DNA of 64,000 nucleotides from SAR202 cluster bacterium (GTDB lineage Bacteria; Chloroflexota; Dehalococcoidia; Lucifugimonadales; UBA2985): NCBI GenBank assembly GCA_009391535.1, contig VFHP01000024.1, positions 209,976 to 273,975 of the forward strand, read 5' to 3'. Shown piece by piece: positions 56,023 to 64,000 of this stretch (position 1 is its first letter; each line of letters starts with the position of its first letter). The notes under the pieces were generated by a model. It saw only the letters and a program-made list of their open reading frames with translations, ran no database searches and was not told where the DNA came from. The position numbers and the translations under genes were made by a program.

Positions 56023-56208
56023 AAGGTTAAACCTTCTATTAGATACTAGCTGGTACAGGGGGAACGTCGCAGTATTAGAATAGTAAATTTGATAGAACTA
56101 AACAGATATATAAATATTTTTGCGATCGAACCCAAGATGCAAATACATTTACTAGGCGATTTCCCCCACACACCAGTTAAATTATTAAATATGTAGAACA
56201 CTGAAACA

Positions 56209-57453
56209 ATGCAAAACGAATTATACCATACAGTAATAGATGTTGGAACATCCAAAGTTTGTACTCTAATCGGTAGATCCGGCGAAGATCAAGAGATACA
56301 GATTATAGGTATGTCATCGGTCCCATCTAGAGGCATGCAAAAAGGTCTTGTTAGTAATTTGTCAGAAGTAAAACAGGTCGTACAAAATTCACTAAAGGAA
56401 GCAGAATCACAAGCTGGAATAAAATCCACGCCAGCCTATGTGGGGGTAACTGGTAGCAGGGTTAACTACGTTAATTCTAGAGCTGCTATGGACAATCGTT
56501 CTTATGATGAACCCGTTTGTGCTAAAGATGTTGAGCAAGTGATTAAGGCTAGTTATTCTTCAAAATCAACTAATGTAGACCGTATTCTGCACGTTATACC
56601 TCGGGACTACTCTGTAGACGGACACTGGGGCATACATGACCCGATTGGTATGAAGGCTTCTTCGGTTGAAGTGGAAAGCCATGTTGTAATGACTGATCCA
56701 ACATCGGCGGATAATTTAACAGAGGCCATGAGAATCGCTGGAGTTAAGATAAATAGTTTGGTTCTTCATCCACTTGCAAGTGCTGAATCGGTTCTGTCCG
56801 AAGATGAAAAGAACATAGGTGTCGTTATGGTAGACATAGGAGGCGGCACAACTGATGTGGCTATATTTATTAATGGCAGTGTATGGCATATAAATGTGAT
56901 ACCGGTTGGAGGGGCACAGATAACTCGGGACATATCGATCGCGTTTACAACATTTGCTTTGGCCGCTGAAGAGGCAAAATTAAAACACGGCGACGTTTCC
57001 TCTTCTGAATTTGAAGACTCGGAACTCATTCGTGTTCCTGGTTTTGGCAGCAAGATATTCACCGATGTGGACAAGAACGTTCTTCGCCAGATTATCAAGG
57101 AAAGAGTAAGAGAATTGCTCAGTCTTGTGCTAAGAGAAGTTCACAGTGCTGGATTAGACAGAGCTCCTTCTGGCGGATTGGTTTTGACAGGCGGGACTGC
57201 TAAATTACCGGGTTTACAAGAATTGGCTAGCGAAATATGGCCAGGAACAGTGAGAATTGGCATTCCAGAGTATCCTTCATGGGTTCCGGAGGAACTGGAA
57301 GATCCTGCCTATGCTAGTTCACTAGGTTTGTTGTATTGGGGTGCTAAACATCAGCGAGAAAACCTAAGCAGTTCATCTATAAATAAAATAATTAATACAA
57401 GTCTTCCTTTTAGAAAATGGTTAAGTATTTTGACGAGTAGGATCAACGTATAA
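56209..57453 (+). CDS. ftsA: cell division protein FtsA
   Basis: 414 aa with actin-fold phosphate motifs (VIDVGTSKV, VDIGGGTTD, LTGGTAKLPG) and a C-terminal amphipathic tail. It lies immediately upstream of ftsZ. Confidence 0.9.
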   Translation: MQNELYHTVIDVGTSKVCTLIGRSGEDQEIQIIGMSSVPSRGMQKGLVSNLSEVKQVVQNSLKEAESQAGIKSTPAYVGVTGSRVNYVNSRAAMDNRSYDEPVCAKDVEQVIKASYSSKSTNVDRILHVIPRDYSVDGHWGIHDPIGMKASSVEVESHVVMTDPTSADNLTEAMRIAGVKINSLVLHPLASAESVLSEDEKNIGVVMVDIGGGTTDVAIFINGSVWHINVIPVGGAQITRDISIAFTTFALAAEEAKLKHGDVSSSEFEDSELIRVPGFGSKIFTDVDKNVLRQIIKERVRELLSLVLREVHSAGLDRAPSGGLVLTGGTAKLPGLQELASEIWPGTVRIGIPEYPSWVPEELEDPAYASSLGLLYWGAKHQRENLSSSSINKIINTSLPFRKWLSILTSRINV

Positions 57454-57480
57454 CGTGCACGTAATGAAGGAGGTGTAATT

Positions 57481-58584
57481 ATGAGTCAGGTCTACGATCA
57501 ACAGCATGATGGGGTAGCTAAAATAAAAGTCGTTGGGGTAGGAGGAGGGGGTTGTAATGCAGTTTCCCGGATGTTTAGAGAGAGGGTGCAAGGTGTTGAA
57601 TACGTTGGAATTAACACTGATGCTCAAGCCTTAATGCGTTGCGAGGTTCCTTTAAGGATTCGTATGGGAGATCAATTGACTAGAGGACTTGGAGTAGGTG
57701 GTGATCCTGAAAGAGGTAAGGACTCAGCCGAGGAAAGTCGGGAAGAATTGATTGAATCTCTAAAGGGCGCCGATATGGTCTTTATTGCTGCAGGTATGGG
57801 TGGAGGAACTGGTACCGGGGCAGCTCCTGTAGTGGCCGAAATTGCAAAAGAAGCTAATGCGTTGACAGTTGGAGTAGTAACTAAGCCATTTGGATTCGAA
57901 GGAACTCGCAGGAGAAAATTAGCAGAAGAAGGCATCGCCAAGCTCAAAGAAAAAGTCGATACATTAATAATAATACCAAATGATCGTTTGTCTCAGGTTT
58001 CTGACGAACGTCTTACTATGGAAAATGCTTTTAAATTGGCTGACGATGTGTTAAGACAGGGAGTTCAATCAATTGCCGAACTAGTTACAGTCCCTGGCGA
58101 AATCAACTTGGATTTCGCTGATATTCAGACTGTTATGACTAATGCAGGACCAGCTTGGATGGCAATAGGAAAAGGGACTGGAGAGAATAAAGCCGTAGAC
58201 GCAGCAAGGGCGGCTATTCAAAGTTCTTTATTGGATGTTTCTATCGATGGAGCTAGAGGTGTTGTGCTCAATGTCACGGGTGGCACGGATTTGACTTTGC
58301 AGGAAGTTGAGGATGCAGCAGATATTATAAGAGCGGCAGCTGATCCAGATGTTCAACTCTTTTTTGGATCCGCAACCGATCTGAAAATGGAAGATGAAGT
58401 TAAAATAACCATAATCGCCACTGGTTTTTCATCTGAAGAACAATTTAATCCTACACCCGAGCAAATTACTCAGTTGACCAACATAGATGAACTAATGGGG
58501 TCTTTACGTGAAGAAGCTGAATTAGACATTCCGCCATTTCTTAGAAGAGCCTCTAACGGTAATGGTAGGACTGGAATATATTAA
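57481..58584 (+). CDS. ftsZ: cell division GTPase FtsZ
   Basis: 367 aa with VGVGGGGCNA, the tubulin signature GMGGGTGTGAAPV, NDRL, and a C-terminal DIPPFLRR peptide. Confidence 0.97.
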   Translation: MSQVYDQQHDGVAKIKVVGVGGGGCNAVSRMFRERVQGVEYVGINTDAQALMRCEVPLRIRMGDQLTRGLGVGGDPERGKDSAEESREELIESLKGADMVFIAAGMGGGTGTGAAPVVAEIAKEANALTVGVVTKPFGFEGTRRRKLAEEGIAKLKEKVDTLIIIPNDRLSQVSDERLTMENAFKLADDVLRQGVQSIAELVTVPGEINLDFADIQTVMTNAGPAWMAIGKGTGENKAVDAARAAIQSSLLDVSIDGARGVVLNVTGGTDLTLQEVEDAADIIRAAADPDVQLFFGSATDLKMEDEVKITIIATGFSSEEQFNPTPEQITQLTNIDELMGSLREEAELDIPPFLRRASNGNGRTGIY

Positions 58585-58622
58585 TAGCAATTAACAGTAA
58601 TTGCTTCTAGATCAACCCATCA

Positions 58623-58662
58623 AGAGGTGAACCTTTTTATAAGGTTACCTCTTTTTGGTTTT
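58623..58662 (+). terminator. rho-independent terminator after ftsZ
   Basis: agaggtgaacctt / aaggttacctct forms a 12-bp stem (one bulged G) with a 5-nt loop, followed by TTTTGGTTTT. Confidence 0.7.
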
Positions 58663-58749
58663 AAATTGTTACTAATTACTGTACTATACCCCTTGTCTTT
58701 TCTGGGAGGTAACGTAAAATATGGTAGATTTTGAATCTAAGGATGGTAC

Positions 58750-60558
58750 ATGCGTAGATTTCCGTTAAAGCGTGCTCTCTTAATTACTATAATAGTTTCT
58801 TTCTGCTCTGTAGTCTTGGCATATCAAGAGTTTGATGTTTCGTTAGGTAGCTTCAACATCAACAGAGGTGATGACACTTTGTTGGGCCTTCAACTTGGAT
58901 TGGATTTAGAGGGAGGCAGCCATTTAGTGTATGAGGCTTTGCCAACAGAAGGTGAAGAAGTCAGCGAAGATCAAATGGATGGTGTGATACGAACTATAGA
59001 GAGGAGAGTAAACTCATTTGGTGTTGCTGAACCAATAATCCAAAGAATGGGTGGGGATAGAGTTCTTATTCAATTGCCAGGAGTAGGAGTTACCAAAGCA
59101 ATCCTCCAATTCCCCGTTGATGTCACAGAAGACGAAATAAGAAATGTTCTCGCCTCGGTGGACCGCCCAGAATCCGAGATAAATGAGCAAGAAGATGGAT
59201 CTTTTATTGTTGAATTACCGTCCCTTATTTCTGAACGCAGAGACGCGGAGGGGAATGTTACTCGTGTAGGGGAGAGACAGAGTATTGAAGATGCTTTGAG
59301 GAGACAATTTACGGATACAAAGATACGTGTGGCATTCTCGGAAGAAGTAGAGGCTGAACTTATACAACAAGTTATGGAGGGATGGCTAGACACCACGATT
59401 AATACTCTCAATAATCTTCAATACGATATTATCGTAAAACAATTAATGCCTGAGCAGAGAGATTACTTGGAGGAAGAGCTCGCTAAACAGTTTGATTCTT
59501 TTGTATCTTTTTATACCGAGGATATGACAGTCACTATCACGGGTGGTGTTGAAGAGGCGAAGAGGTTAATTGGACAAACGGCACAATTGGAATTGAAGGA
59601 AAGGACCTGTCTAAACGATATTTCCGATATCACTCAAAGCTGTCATGATCCTGAATATCACGTTGATAATCCACTGAATTTAACCGGAGACGATCTCCTT
59701 AGGGCATATGCATCAATGCATCCCAGCATGGGTGTTCCTGTGGTTAATCTAGAATTCAATGATGAAGGTGCAAAAATTTTTGGTGAACATACTCAGCGTA
59801 TTGCAGGTACCAACAACAGGACGGCGTTCTACTTAGACGACGTGTTATTGATAGCGCCTGTTGCAATGCAGGCAATAACTGGTGGTAGAGCTTATATACA
59901 GGGTCCAGATTTTACTATGACGAGAGTAAGAACTATAGCAATCCAGTTGGAGTCTGGTCGACTTCAAGTTCCGCTTAACCTTATACAAGAATTGGATGTG
60001 GATGCTACTCTCGGTGAAGATTCTTTAGCTAAGAGTGTTGTGGCAGGACTTATAGGTTTAGGCTTGGTATTGTTGTTTATGGCCATATATTACAGATTGC
60101 CGGGAGTTCTAGCCTGTTTGGCTTTGATTATATATTCAATTATTGTCTTGGCTATACTTAAGTTGTGGCCCATAACGTTGACTCTTGGTGGTTTGGCTGC
60201 GTTTATTTTGTCTATAGGAATGGCCGTGGATGCGAACATTCTGATTTTTGAACGTATGAAGGAGGAACTTCGGGCTGGGCGCACTTTAATTGCCTCTATA
60301 GAGACTGGGTTCAACCGAGCTTGGCCGGCAATTAGAGACAGTAATGTTTCTACTTTCATAACCTGTGCTATTCTTTTTTGGTTTGGAACTAGATTAGGAA
60401 CTGGAGTGGTTACTGGATTTGCTGTAACTTTATTTATAGGAGTCGCCGCAAGTATGTTCTCAGCTCTTACTGTCACACGTACTCTACTTAGAATAGCAGG
60501 CATGTCACCACTTAGTAGGTTTAGTGTTTTATACGCACCAGTGAAAAGCGATTCATAA
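58750..60558 (+). CDS. secD: protein translocase subunit SecD
   Basis: 602 aa. An N-terminal TM helix is followed by a large periplasmic domain (LGLDLEGG) and a C-terminal 5-TM block (GMAVDANILIFERMKEE). Confidence 0.9.
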   Translation: MRRFPLKRALLITIIVSFCSVVLAYQEFDVSLGSFNINRGDDTLLGLQLGLDLEGGSHLVYEALPTEGEEVSEDQMDGVIRTIERRVNSFGVAEPIIQRMGGDRVLIQLPGVGVTKAILQFPVDVTEDEIRNVLASVDRPESEINEQEDGSFIVELPSLISERRDAEGNVTRVGERQSIEDALRRQFTDTKIRVAFSEEVEAELIQQVMEGWLDTTINTLNNLQYDIIVKQLMPEQRDYLEEELAKQFDSFVSFYTEDMTVTITGGVEEAKRLIGQTAQLELKERTCLNDISDITQSCHDPEYHVDNPLNLTGDDLLRAYASMHPSMGVPVVNLEFNDEGAKIFGEHTQRIAGTNNRTAFYLDDVLLIAPVAMQAITGGRAYIQGPDFTMTRVRTIAIQLESGRLQVPLNLIQELDVDATLGEDSLAKSVVAGLIGLGLVLLFMAIYYRLPGVLACLALIIYSIIVLAILKLWPITLTLGGLAAFILSIGMAVDANILIFERMKEELRAGRTLIASIETGFNRAWPAIRDSNVSTFITCAILFWFGTRLGTGVVTGFAVTLFIGVAASMFSALTVTRTLLRIAGMSPLSRFSVLYAPVKSDS

Positions 60559-60602
60559 AAAATAATCCCAAAATATTTGGGGGAGAGGTATCGAGGTATA
60601 AA

Positions 60603-61538
60603 GTGGATTTCGTTAGCAGGCGCAATTGGTTTTTTCTGTTGTCACTAATAATAATGATAGCTAGTGCTGTGTCATTAATGGCCCCAAATGGATTGAAAGC
60701 AGGTTTGGAATTCACAGGAGGCTCGTCGATAACTTTAGATTTTGCGGATAGTGTGTCTCAGGAGGCCCTGAGATCCCAATTAGGGGAACTAGGCCATGCA
60801 GATGCTGTTATCCAGAATGCGGGTGCGGGAAGTTACTTTATAAGGACTAGGACTTTGGAAGAAGCTGTAGGAAATCAGCTATCAGAAAGAGAGTCTATTA
60901 TAGCCGCTCTGGAAGCAGCTTTTAATACTGACGTAGAAGTTCCAGATTTTTTCTCTGTTTCACCTAGTATAGCTACAGAAACGGTGCGTAATGCCTTCTT
61001 TATAGTTGTGATAGCTGCTTTGGCTATATTGCTGTACATGACTTGGGCTTTCAGGAGAGTGCCTTCTCCTTTTAGATATGGTGTCTCAGCCATAGTGGCT
61101 CTGATACACGATGTATTGGTGGTAATGGGAATATTCTCTTTATGTGGGAGATATTTTGAGTTAGAAGTTAACGCAATGTTTATAGCAGGAATTCTTACAA
61201 TCATCGGTTATAGTGTTCACGATACTATAGTTGTGTTTGATAGAGTAAGGGAGAATCTTATCAGAGGCATAGGATCTAATTTAGGAGCTACGATCAATAT
61301 TAGTATTCAGGATACTATAGTTAGATCTTTGAACACTAGCTTGACTCTACTCTTTACAATATTGGCTCTAATGATTTTTGGCGGATCCACAATACTTGAT
61401 TTTCTTGTGGTTCTGCTGATCGGTATAATAGTAGGTACCTACAGTTCTATTTGGATAGCCAGCCAGATTTTGTTAGTTTGGGAGAATGGAGACTTAGGTA
61501 GAATGCTACGTAGACCTTTCTCTTTTAGGGGTAACTAA
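60603..61538 (+). CDS. secF: protein translocase subunit SecF
   Basis: 311 aa with a GTG start, GLEFTGGS, and GYSVHDTIVVFDRVREN. Confidence 0.9.
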   Translation: MDFVSRRNWFFLLSLIIMIASAVSLMAPNGLKAGLEFTGGSSITLDFADSVSQEALRSQLGELGHADAVIQNAGAGSYFIRTRTLEEAVGNQLSERESIIAALEAAFNTDVEVPDFFSVSPSIATETVRNAFFIVVIAALAILLYMTWAFRRVPSPFRYGVSAIVALIHDVLVVMGIFSLCGRYFELEVNAMFIAGILTIIGYSVHDTIVVFDRVRENLIRGIGSNLGATINISIQDTIVRSLNTSLTLLFTILALMIFGGSTILDFLVVLLIGIIVGTYSSIWIASQILLVWENGDLGRMLRRPFSFRGN

Positions 61539-61557
61539 TAAATATAGGAGTCTGATT

Positions 61558-62412
61558 TTGAAAATCGGGGCCCATGTTTCTACTGCTGGCGGGGTGGACA
61601 AAGCTATAGATAGAGCATCCTTAATAGAGGCTGAAGCAGTACAGATATTCGTATCTTCTCCAAGAGGTTGGACATTCAAACCTTTGGACTCGGCAACCAT
61701 AGATTTATTTAGAGAAAAATCTTTCAAAAGTTCCATAAATCCTGTGGTTTTTCATGGGATTTATTTAGTTAGTCTGGGAACGGATAATCAAGAAAACCTG
61801 GAAAAAGGTGTTCAATCTTTAATAAACTATATGACAGTATCAGAACAGTTAGATGCTTTAGGCGTTGTATTTCACGCGGGTAGTCATAAGGGTCGTGGAT
61901 TTGATGCTGTTTTTGATCAGGCTGTTAATACCCTTGAACGGATTCTCAGTCAATCTCCTAATAATAGATACCTTATTTTAGAAAATAGTGCAGGAATGGG
62001 TGATCATCTGTGTTCTAGTTTCTATGAAATAGGAAGAATACTCCGGGCTTTGGAGAGTCCAAACCTAAAGATTTGTCTTGATACACAGCATGTTTTTGCT
62101 GCCGGATATGCTATAAACGAAAAATCTGGTCTGGAACAAATGTTGGATGAGTTCGATAAGCACATCGGATTGGATAATTTAGTGGCGGTTCATGCTAACG
62201 ATAGCAAAACACCCCTTGGTTCATCTGTAGACAGACACGAGAACATAGGCCAGGGTTATATAGGAGTAGAAGGATTCCAAGTAATAATGGCCAACCCTAT
62301 TTTTAAAGATGTACCCTTTTTTTTGGAAGTACCGGGAATGAACGGTGACGGGCCTGACAAGGAAAATGTAGCCATATTAAAAGATATCAGAGACAGATTG
62401 TTTAGTGAATAA
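61558..62412 (+). CDS. nfo: endonuclease IV (AP endonuclease)
   Basis: 284 aa with a TTG start (AGGAG 7 nt upstream), MKIGAHVS, FHAGSH, LENSAGMG and HANDSK. Confidence 0.9.
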   Translation: MKIGAHVSTAGGVDKAIDRASLIEAEAVQIFVSSPRGWTFKPLDSATIDLFREKSFKSSINPVVFHGIYLVSLGTDNQENLEKGVQSLINYMTVSEQLDALGVVFHAGSHKGRGFDAVFDQAVNTLERILSQSPNNRYLILENSAGMGDHLCSSFYEIGRILRALESPNLKICLDTQHVFAAGYAINEKSGLEQMLDEFDKHIGLDNLVAVHANDSKTPLGSSVDRHENIGQGYIGVEGFQVIMANPIFKDVPFFLEVPGMNGDGPDKENVAILKDIRDRLFSE

Positions 62413-62429
62413 GTTGCAAGAGGTTTATA

Positions 62430-63488
62430 CTAGATATTCTTGCTACTCTTGACTGAATTTATTCTTTCTTCAGCTATGAAATCAGCAGCTGCTGCAGTAG
62501 TGATACTATTTTGTTTAGACGTTTCTATGACCAGTCTGATTTGTTCGTATATTCCTGCGACGCGATCTGCAGCTATGTTTGGACTGTATTCTTGACCTAT
62601 CTCAACTGATATGTTTATAACTCCTCCAGCGTTTATCAAGTAATCAGGAGCATATAATATGCCTCTGTTTTGGAGCATGGACGCATGTTTGTCTTCTAAC
62701 AATTGGTTATTAGCGCTTCCTGCTACTATTTTACACTTAAGCATTGGTACAGTTTTGTCATTTATTATTCCTCCTAAAGCACATGGCGCAAATATGTCAC
62801 ATTCTATGTTATAAATATCGTCTGCATCGTTTAGCACCTCTAGTCCCATATTTTTTGCTCTTGCCTGGGCAGCACTGTTTATATCCGCGACAATGACTTT
62901 AATATCGTCCTGTATTAAGTGTTTGGACAAGTAATAGGCAACTTTTCCGAATCCTTGTACAGCAACCTTGCGGTTTCTTAATGATGTATGGCCCCACACT
63001 TCGGATGCGCATGCTTTCATTCCTTCATATATACCGTAAGCAGTCATTTCCGACGGATCTCCACTTCCTCCCAGCGATAGAGACAATCCTGCAATATGCG
63101 AAGTTTCTTTGGAGATAATTTCTATGTCATCGGTTGTTGCACCTACGTCTTCAGTAGTTATATACCTGCCTCCCAGTGATTCTACGCACTTGCCAAAGGA
63201 TCTCAACATGGCTTCTGTTTTTTCGTCGTTCGAACATACAATTAGTGCTTTTCCTCCGCCAAAATCTAAACCGGCAGCAGCAGATTTGTAGGTCATACCC
63301 TTTGAAAGTCGAAGTACATCCATCAAAGCATCGTCTTCGGTTTTGTGAGGCCAGAATCTGACACCACCTAGTGCAGGACCCAACGTAGTATCATGAATTG
63401 CTATAAACGCTTTTAGCCCTACATTTGTGTCAGTAAATACACAAAGTTGTTCGTGACCGTGTGCTTCCATATATTCAGTTAGTTGCAT
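62430..63488 (-). CDS. Leu/Val/Phe-type amino acid dehydrogenase (Glu/Leu/Phe/Val dehydrogenase family)
   Basis: 352 aa with the catalytic Lys motif DFGGGKALI and the Rossmann motif VAVQGFGKVAYYL. Its size fits leucine/valine dehydrogenases. Substrate not determinable by eye. Confidence 0.75.
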   Translation of the reverse strand: MQLTEYMEAHGHEQLCVFTDTNVGLKAFIAIHDTTLGPALGGVRFWPHKTEDDALMDVLRLSKGMTYKSAAAGLDFGGGKALIVCSNDEKTEAMLRSFGKCVESLGGRYITTEDVGATTDDIEIISKETSHIAGLSLSLGGSGDPSEMTAYGIYEGMKACASEVWGHTSLRNRKVAVQGFGKVAYYLSKHLIQDDIKVIVADINSAAQARAKNMGLEVLNDADDIYNIECDIFAPCALGGIINDKTVPMLKCKIVAGSANNQLLEDKHASMLQNRGILYAPDYLINAGGVINISVEIGQEYSPNIAADRVAGIYEQIRLVIETSKQNSITTAAAADFIAEERINSVKSSKNI

Positions 63489-63497
63489 TACGATTTG

Positions 63498-64000
63498 TTA
63501 CTCCCACTCTATTGTGCCTGGAGGTTTGCTGGTGATGTCGTAGACCACCCTATTTACTGATTCAACTTCGTTTACTATGCGACTTGATATCTTTGCTAAG
63601 ATATCGTAGGGAATCCTGGCCCAGTCCGCTGTCATGGCATCTTCGCTGGTTACTGCTCTTATTGCTACCATATTTCCATAAGTTCTGAAGTCGCCCATTA
63701 CTCCGACAGTCTTTGTATCTGTTAAAACAGCAAAACTTTGCCACAAATCTCTGTAGAGGTTATGAGAATATATTTCTTCCATAACAATATTGTCGCAGGA
63801 CTTCAAAATGTCTAATTTGTCGTGAGTAACCTCTCCCATTATACGTATAGCTAATCCTGGTCCGGGAAATGGTTGCCTATGGACCATATTTTCTGGTAAC
63901 CCAAGCTCCAATCCTACATCTCTGACTTCATCTTTAAACAAATATCTCAAAGGTTCTACTAATGAGAATTTCATGTCTTCTGGAAGTCCTCCCACATTGT
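63498..64000 (-). CDS. guaA: GMP synthase, C-terminal part (5' end outside window)
   Basis: The C-terminal dimerisation domain is present ([26 protein letters not shown], ...[10 protein letters not shown]). The frame is open to the window edge. Confidence 0.9.
   Translation of the reverse strand, partial: NVGGLPEDMKFSLVEPLRYLFKDEVRDVGLELGLPENMVHRQPFPGPGLAIRIMGEVTHDKLDILKSCDNIVMEEIYSHNLYRDLWQSFAVLTDTKTVGVMGDFRTYGNMVAIRAVTSEDAMTADWARIPYDILAKISSRIVNEVESVNRVVYDITSKPPGTIEWE

Noticed and set aside
56020-56040. The hairpin AGAAGG-TTAAA-CCTTCT right after rsmH, considered as a terminator.
   Set aside because: The stem is only 6 bp and there is no following U-tract. That is insufficient to call a terminator separating rsmH from ftsA.
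1-64000. CRISPR arrays, rRNA genes, IS elements, prophage genes and toxin-antitoxin pairs.
   Set aside because: Reading the intergenic regions, the only direct repeat is the single 2-unit repeat at 54531. No ORF shows transposase, integrase, Cas or phage-structural motifs.

Overview
An AT-rich (about 40% G+C by eye, not computed), densely coding bacterial chromosome segment, mostly housekeeping genes. There are many short gene overlaps and frequent GTG/TTG starts. I saw no transposase, integrase, CRISPR array or rRNA.

Gene content, left to right:
- A NuoF-like flavoprotein (5' end outside the window) and a NuoG/FdhA-like Fe-S subunit lacking the Mo-ligand Cys/Sec.
- mutS and mutL.
- A divergent pair: a small TAT-signal protein and a lipoprotein.
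- A complete Alternative Complex III-like operon: pentahaem ActA, split ActB1/ActB2, two NrfD-like subunits, ActD and monohaem ActE.
- rplS, priA, def, and a CCA-adding-enzyme-like gene.
- nrdR-nrdJ with candidate NrdR boxes upstream, followed by a GC-rich multi-hairpin element.
- pdxA, proC, yggT.
- A his cluster: hisZ, long-form hisG, an uncharacterised metallo-phosphoesterase-like gene, hisD, hisC, hisB.
- A long minus-strand block: purS, a DUF3105-like gene, purC, purB, purE, purD, a HerA-like ATPase, a 192-aa orphan, a NurA-like nuclease, hemW, ychF and a pseudokinase with a beta-propeller.
- holA, a PIG-L deacetylase, an MBL hydrolase, tRNA-His, a P-loop kinase, mog and trmD.
- A minimal division cluster mraZ-rsmH-ftsA-ftsZ with no mur/fts wall genes.
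- secDF, nfo, a Leu/Val/Phe-type dehydrogenase, and the 3' part of guaA.

The best candidate for an undescribed system is the translationally coupled NurA-like / 192-aa orphan / HerA-like operon at 40509-43986.

Secondary items:
- A probable AUU start for hisG.
- Long-form HisG next to HisZ.
- A possible non-orthologous histidinol-phosphatase inside the his cluster.
- A catalytically dead Ser/Thr kinase homologue.
- A structured GC-rich RNA-like element after nrdJ.
- A perfect 10-bp tandem repeat upstream of mraZ.

Lineage guess (inference only): a Chloroflexota-like organism.
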